Shown here: one piece after another, positions 56,661-64,000 of the stretch
How positions within the stretch are numbered: the stretch's first letter is position 1
Layout of the letters: each line of letters starts with the position of its first letter
Source: Octopus vulgaris
Taxonomy: Eukaryota
Length of the DNA stretch: 64,000 bases
Direction of reading: 5' to 3'
Assembly: GCA_951406725.2 (NCBI GenBank)
Contig: OX597830.1
Span: 35,836,001 to 35,900,000 of the forward strand
Made by a program: the position numbers and the translations under genes
Notes under the pieces: generated by a model
Databases searched by the model: none
What the model saw: the letters and a program-made list of their open reading frames with translations, nothing else
What the model was told of the DNA's origin: nothing

Positions 56661-58046
56661 TATGTAGAAAGAAATATTGCAACCAGTTTTCACAGTGTCT
56701 AACGATCACTTAACCTCTTTTATAGGCAAATATGCTGCTGTTTTGAATTTGTAACTCGCTAATCTATCGACTGTAAAACTCTGTTAAAGTACTTCTCAAA
56801 TACATCTTAATTGTGCATTGGAAAACCAATAAAAACTGGTAGGGTTACTTAAAATAACTAATCTTCATCTTAGAATTAGTCCTTTTTGTCCTGAAGCCAA
56901 CAAATATTGTAAATCTATATATTTAGATTAAGCATTTTTTTTTTAAATTTCAATTACCCCCTGTATAGCTCAACAGCACTTTGTGACTTATATCACAACA
57001 CTAAGTTTGTACTTTTACTGAATATGACATCAGTGGTGTGTCAGCGGATCAGCGGGTGTTAGCAACAATGCCTACTCCTTCCGGCTAGTGAAAACATAGC
57101 GTGAACAAAAATGCAATTAATCTTAGGAAGTTTTACAAAAGCTTTAAGATAAATGAATTGAAAATTATTATTGATGTGTGGTGTAAAGTAACAGCGAACA
57201 ATGTGATAACTGTTTGGAAAAATAAATAAAATTCTTCACTATGCAAAGAATTTCGGTAGATTTGAAATTGGAGTTACAAGTGCTGAAACAGGAATCACTT
57301 AAGTTTTTTAAATAAGATTTTGCCATTTAGTAATTGTAAATTCTAATACTCTGGTGTTCTTGCGGGAGCGCTGCGCGCAGTAGTCCAAGTAATTTTGTAT
57401 TTACATACATTTGGAGCATAATAAGTAGAATTTGTTATTCAACATGGTATAATCAGAAATCAAAGCATGAACCATGTTAAAATAAATATATGCATTAAAC
57501 TTATCTCTTATTCTCACTCTAGTGTCTACCTTGTCAGAGAGATCATAAGAAATGAGCTGCATATATCTCGTAAATATATAAAGCTTGCATTCGAGAAAAT
57601 GGTGCTGTGTGATTGGGAGATATTCACGGCACAGGGAAGCTGTCAGCTTACGAAGAATTTCTGCTACTTTGTGTGACATGACGCAGAAATTTGCCCAAAT
57701 TACCTGGCGTCGGCAAGCTGGCGATGTTCTCTGCTGCAGTCGAATCACGTGATGTGGGACATTACTAAAATCATATTTCTTCCCATTTGTTCCATTACAC
57801 GGTAAAAGGCACAACTTCAAATCCGAATCGAAATTAAATTTGAATTCAAACCTTGATAGAGCCTAAAACCGAGCAATATCTAATAAGTAGATCGTTATTT
57901 ATTTTCATAAATCTCGTCAGTGTTACCGTAAGCAGAGTGTTCAGCGCAGCATGTAAAGAGAAATATGTATATATAGATCTGGAGTAGAACCTATAGAATA
58001 TAAATATAACGAGTGTCACAACAGCAAATCAACAAGCCAAATATAT

Positions 58047-58116
<70 letters not shown>

Positions 58117-58117
<1 letters not shown>

Positions 58118-58349
58118 AGGCGGCGAGCTGGCAGAAACGTTAGCACGCCGGGCGAAATGCTTAGCAGTATTTCGTCTCACGCTACGTTCTGAGTTCAAAT
58201 TCATCCGAGGTCGACTTTGCCTTTCATCCTTTCGGGGTCGATAAATAAAGTACCAGTTACGCACTGGGGTCGATGTAATCTACTTAATCCCTTTTTCTGT
58301 CCTTGTTTGTCCCCTCTATGTTTAGCCCCTTGTGGGCAATAAAGAAATA
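58117..58349 (+). mobile_element. SINE family B monomer (reference copy)
   Basis: aaggcggcgagctggcagaaacgttagc (A-box-like), gagttcaaattc (B box), gcctttcatcctttcggggtcgataaa.aagtaccag central domain (resembles the Meta-domain type as I recall it), tail gggcaataaagaaata. Confidence 0.92.
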
Positions 58350-59254
58350 TATATATATATATAAAGATAAATATGACAGAGAATACTTTCAAAGAAGTTA
58401 CTAGACAAGGGAACAAGCATACATATATGAAAACATGGAGTAAGGTGAAAGCATTTTTATATTAAGACAGGCGAATAAACGGGAAAATTGCACAAAATAA
58501 ATTATAAATATGTGCATATATAAATATAACAAATGAATATAATAAAGCTAAACAAGACAACCCACCTAAATATGAATGTGGAACCACCATATAGGTTACA
58601 TCTGAGCCGGAATATCTTCTTTTGACAAGCGAATCTTTATCTTTTTAAAATGTATATAACGTCAACAGTGATCGCTAAAATATGGAACATGAAAGAATTT
58701 ATGATGATGATGATGATGATGATAAATTCGGAGGATGCTGTCTGCACCAATAATATTTTCCCAACACACACGTACACAAACGCATAGATTACATTCACTC
58801 ACATAAACGTACTTTTCCATAATCCTCGGCTTGAAATACTCTGAAAGAAATTACTTGTTGTATTTTTGCCCTGGTGATTTGTAATAATAAATGGATAAGA
58901 TATTAATCGAAATGAATCATTCAGAAAAAAAGGGTAGCGATAACGAAACTGATATTTTTTCTGCTTGTCCCAATATGTGCTCGAGTGTTGTGTTTTTAAC
59001 ATGGCTAAATATGCAGGAAAATCAAGCACACAATCAACATTTTTATCATAATGAAACAAGGTTACGAGCATTTATAAAGATTGGATCAAGACACTTTTCC
59101 TTCAATATTACCCTTGATAATCGATGAGATCGTTAAGTCTGTTGATTTAGATAAGCACAAAAAAAGAATAAAAAAAAGAAAAGTTAAAATGAAATGACAA
59201 ACATGTTATAGTAAAATAAAATGGAGCGTAAAAACACAACACTGTGACAAATAC

Positions 59255-59530
59255 CTCACAGGAAGTAAGTCTGACTAGAAAATAATGACTTAAAAGATCT
59301 GGACAAACAGAAGAGACAGAAGGTCTGATTTTAACTGCAAGGAAACAAAACTGAGCCACAGGTAATTATAACACTAAGATATATATTAACATCGTTTGCA
59401 GACAATGCAATTAATACAACGAAAAAATCTGATCACATCATTTCCGGTTTCTCAAACTCCGAGTGTAATGAAAAACACAATTGTGTCGGCGGCCATGTCC
59501 ACTGGGTAATATGTCGATATTTCGACAAGA
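59255..59530 (+). mobile_element. Decayed R4/Dong-like retrotransposon fragment
   Basis: LKRSGQTEETEGLILTA..Q...TGNY..CRQC...E..DHIISG..HNCVGGHVHWVIC fits ETEG.I.AAQDQ..CRLC..ET..HI.SGC..RH..V...HW. Confidence 0.7.
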
Positions 59531-60429
59531 AAACGGATAAGAGCTGGTCAGCATTTCTTTCTCATCCGTTTACATGTGCAACAGACATGGCTGTGTCATG
59601 CCTTCCAAGTTTTACGTATTGTTGTTTTTGTTCATATAAATCGAATCAAAAGTATATTATGTTTTCCAATATCACAACAAGTGTTGTATTATTTTTAGAT
59701 TCACTGATGAGCGAAATTGAATATTGCCGCAATAAGATAGGTCTAAAGGAAGAATGTATTTAGAACTCACGCTGGGAGTTACACTCACACACACTCATAC
59801 AAATATGGACAAACATGTATGTATTATAAGTACATGTGTGTGTATATATATATATGTGTGTGTGTGCGTGCATATAGATAGACATATACATATGTACTTA
59901 CAAATTTATATATATACATATATATGTATGTATGTGTGTGTGTGTGTATGTATGTATATGCACATCTATATGTATAGGTGTGTGTATAAGGATGCATATA
60001 TTGATGCATATGAGCTTGCTGTCAGAATATTGCCAGAAAGGAAAAAAAAAGTTCTTTAATTCTCTAAGATTCTATAAATAGTGGTTAAATTATTATATGT
60101 TTTTTCGACTTCATAAAATTTAATTTACTTTCACAATCTGACAGCACGCCAAATTAATAAAGTCATGTCATACAAGGAAAAACTCTTTCTACCCTAGACA
60201 TTTCATAGAATATTTCATGTATAAATATCTACAAACTCTATATTCTACTTATTATTTGAATAAACTTCGAGAGGAGACTTGATGACACAGTCAATATCTA
60301 CGTATAATAACTTCGATTCTTTTAAGCGTATTGAGTCCCTTTATTAGTAAATATTTATTTATCAGTCATTTAATCTTATTTAATAACTCACTTGATAGTG
60401 TATACATACATACATATATATATGGGGAA

Positions 60430-60507
<78 letters not shown>

Positions 60508-60756
60508 GTGTGCAGTTGATAATAAATAAAATACGGACGTAGTCTACAGGCTAGATTATAATTAGTCTTACAAAGATTTTTTTCATTAAACTGCTCAATA
60601 AATTTTCGTAGAAATTTATGAATTATCTACCGTTACAGCATTGTGTCTATGCAGTGAAATAAACGAAAGGACAAACTTTTCATACAACAAGGAAATGCAC
60701 GTAGTGAATTCTTTTCCAGAATCTTCTGTTCCGCGAAATCTATACCTCATTGTTGT

Positions 60757-61028
60757 TGTTGTTGTTTGTTCCTTCTGGAGCTATGCCTGGCTTATAAGGA
60801 CCGGTTTTTTGGTTTCATTGGCGTATAGGTTCCCTACCTGGACGGGATGCCGATCTGTCGCAGGTGAGCTGCTAGAGGCAGGAGGAAAGAGTGAGAGAAA
60901 GTTGTGGCAAAAGAGTTAGCAGAAGATCGTCATTACCTTCTGCCAGAGCCGCATGGAGCTTAGGTGTTTCGCTCATAAACACACACATCACTCAGTCTGA
61001 GATTCGAACCCGTATAGAGTGCCTCCAC
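60757..61028 (-). mobile_element. SINE C-related element
   Basis: Tail gaccggtt..ggtttcattggcgtata.gttccc.acc.gga.ggga shared with 2001-2202; gattcgaacc is a reverse B box; (TTG)n end. Confidence 0.7.
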
Positions 61029-62092
61029 TCTATACCTCATTAGGCTGCGTAAAAATAGAACAAACGAATTACTATTTCTATAGTAGTTACGTAGCTGTTA
61101 GTCTCGTCGAATAGGACGCACAAGTTTCCTTATCAAAGAAATGCCTCGAGAACCGATATGGCTTATACTGTAACCGTCGCGCCATTTTTCGAGGAAAAGT
61201 TTATACAAAATACTGAATGTAAAATTTACATTTCAAGAGTCACATACACTCGATTGTGAAACGCATAAATACTCAATAATGTAAATTATAATTAAAAATA
61301 TTTAAGTATTTTTCAGCATTCTTGATGTTTATATATATCATTTAGTCTACAACATAAGGGAAATACATTTGGTTGTATATCCTAGCCTACACACTCACAC
61401 ACTCTCATACACATTAAATATTTAATAGATGCCATAAAAATTAAATTTTGACATTTAAATATTTAAAGGAGTAAATACATCAATGCATTAGCGGTGCCAC
61501 GTTCATTACTTACTCGCATAATTGCTTAATTAATTATTTTAAATGTTATATTTCTAATTTTTATGAGATGCGAAGTCATCGCATGCTTTACGGCATAGCC
61601 ATTTTAAAGTAAAATATTGTTTTCATAAACGGCGAAGTAAATTTAAGCGTAAACGCGTGTTGAAAATCCAAATTTTCCTCCGCTGTTTTCAGAATGATCT
61701 CTCCGCAATGAAACAATTATGTTTGTATACATATTTACTAACTAGTGTGTACTAACCAGAATAAATTTGTATAAATCCAATATCACGATTCACTTATCAC
61801 AGGTGACATATCGCGGTTGATTATTTAAATCGATTCTTCCGTGGTGTTTTGCATTTATAATGAAATAAATATATACAAATTATAAACGCAATTTTAAAAA
61901 AATATATACTGTACTGTTTCTACTTTGGAGATTTTCACCTATTGCGGGGTGTTATGGAACGTAACACACGCGATATTCGAGGGGTTAATGTATATATTCA
62001 TTTATTCATTTATATATATATACGTATGTAACCACGCATGTAAACCCGCACATGTGTGCGAGAATATGATTAGTGTGTGTGTGTCTGTATAG

Positions 62093-62135
<43 letters not shown>

Positions 62136-62713
62136 CATACGTACATATATACGCACATAAATAGATACATACATACCATACATGCACATATGTAAGTATG
62201 TATGTATGTATGTATGTATGTATGTATGTATACTGTGTATGCCATAAGGTCTGCAAACCTAACGGACGCCTCAAAAGACATTTTAAGGTTCACAAAGATC
62301 ATACCACCGGGATCGACTCCGCCTTCCATCCTTTCGGGCCCGATAAAATATGTACCACTTGATCACTAGGGTCGATCTAATCGATTTATCCCCAGCCTCA
62401 AAATTGCTCGCCTTCAGCCAAAATTTGAAACCAGTATTTCTTCATCAAATAACAAATTTTTAGACATTCCTTTCCAAAATTATTCCGTTTCGGCGACGTT
62501 CATAATTTATCCATCGTCATTAATACTAACATCTTAAACTTTCGTTGAAACATCTAGATGCTGTACCGTTATTAACCCTTCTACTTTGCTTTATAAACCT
62601 AACAGTATGGATTCCAGGCTGATCTTTAAACCAGTAAAGGCATCCAGAGCTTAATTTCTAGAAGATATCTCGTTAGTCTACATTTCAATTTCGTTTCCTA
62701 TTTCCAGTTTTCT

Positions 62714-62931
62714 AAGGCGGCGAGCTGGCAGAATCGTTAGCACGCCGGGCAAAATACTCAGCGGTATTTCGTCTGCTGTTACGTTCTGAGTTCAAATTCC
62801 GCCGAGGTCGACTTTGCCTTTCATCCTTTCGGGGTCGATAAATTAAATTCCAGTTGCGTACTGGAATCGGTATAATCGACTGGGGCCCCTCCCCCAAAAT
62901 TTCGGGCCATGTGCCAAGAATAGAAAAGTAA
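62714..62931 (+). mobile_element. SINE family B (short tail) with 12-bp TSD
   Basis: TSD ttccagttttct at 62702-62713 and 62932-62943. Decayed relatives at 62270-62435 (+) and 63235-63445 (-). Confidence 0.92.
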
Positions 62932-64000
62932 TTCCAGTTTTCTTTGGATTAGTTTAAGCTTAGACTTCGTTTTTATGGTTGCTTGACTTAAATTTATGCA
63001 CTAAGTTTTCTATCTCACGTGACAAAAGGCGCTAAAATCGCTAACAGAAATATTCCAAGTTCAGTAATTGCAATTCTTCTGTTTCCTGTTCCATGAAAAT
63101 ATGGCTGACGAAACAACGCTTTCTTCCTATTGTTAATAAAAATCATGCAGTCTGAATATCGTTATGTATAGTTGGTATACTGATAATGTTGTCTTGGCCT
63201 TTCTTAGCCCAACCCATATGTACTCTAATTATTGATTTCAAATGTCGGTACAAGACCAGCAATTTTGGGAGAGTGGGGCTTGTCGATTACATCGAGTCCA
63301 GCACTCGATTTTTACTAATTTTACCAACCTCTAAAAGATTAAAGGCAAAGACGACCTCAGTGGGATTTGGACGCAGAACGTAGGCGAACGAAATGCGGCC
63401 AAACATTTTGCCTGGTGTGCGAACGCTTCTACCAGCTTACCGACTTATTTGCTCTGTTATTGGTAACTTTGGGGATAATCCTAATAACTTCTCTGTTTCT
63501 CATCAATTGTACAATTGTACAAGCAGTAGTAATTTATTTAGAATTCATACCAATAATTTGAAGGTTTGGAAATATAGTAAACTCTAGACTGCTACGTCAA
63601 AATTATCGAATAACACGGTATATACACTAATACCAAATCACGTATATGCAGTATATGTACGCCTACCGACGTTACAAGCAACTTAAGAAATATATTTCTA
63701 TCAGGTCACAATATTTGGCTGCGACTACATGAAGAGAAAGGATTTTGAAAGGGTAAATGTGTGACATTAATTTTATATTTCATATTTTAATATTTTATAT
63801 CTCAGTCAATCGAATAATAATGCGCAGTATCTGAACTATAAACTGCATAATATCGGAAATAGCATTATTTTAACCGGCAATAATCGGGACATTTCCGTTT
63901 ATTCCAATTTAAATGCAGCATTGAAAATATGATGGATTATAGAGAATATAGCGTTGAATTCTCTGAACTAAATGATTCTAAAATGTTTGTTGTCTGTCAT

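Noticed and set aside
56760-57390. Possible lone transposon ends (caattaccccctg|TA; cagtggtgtgtc)
   Set aside because: No partner TIR or TSD found.
57600-57700. Pre-miRNA-like hairpins here and at 37338-37380
   Set aside because: Stems are too short, and I recognised no known mature miRNA sequence.

Overview
AT-rich, extremely microsatellite-dense animal DNA. The repeat repertoire resembles what I recall of Octopus/cephalopod genomes; this is inference, not a database result. I see no intact protein-coding gene, and almost all ORFs in the track are microsatellite or antisense-SINE artefacts. The window is intergenic or intronic. It holds three tRNA-derived SINE families (called A, B, C here) plus a fourth dispersed repeat; decayed LINEs (CR1/L2-like, RTE, R4/Dong-like); a Penelope-like ORF remnant; a DD37D (maT) transposon carrying a nested RTE 3' end; a mariner derivative with about 240-bp inverted ends; two MITEs; and a tRNA-Leu remnant. 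The most unusual signals are: (1) about ten Penelope-type minimal hammerhead-ribozyme-like motifs, one downstream of a tRNA-like Pol III promoter inside a Penelope-style inverted repeat; (2) SINE B multimers with an invariant hairpin-forming junction, where internal units carry AGTAAA instead of AATAAA; (3) a candidate promoter/first exon near 38.2 kb with a phase-compatible exon near 50.6 kb. Coordinates were read by eye, so boundaries of decayed elements are approximate.
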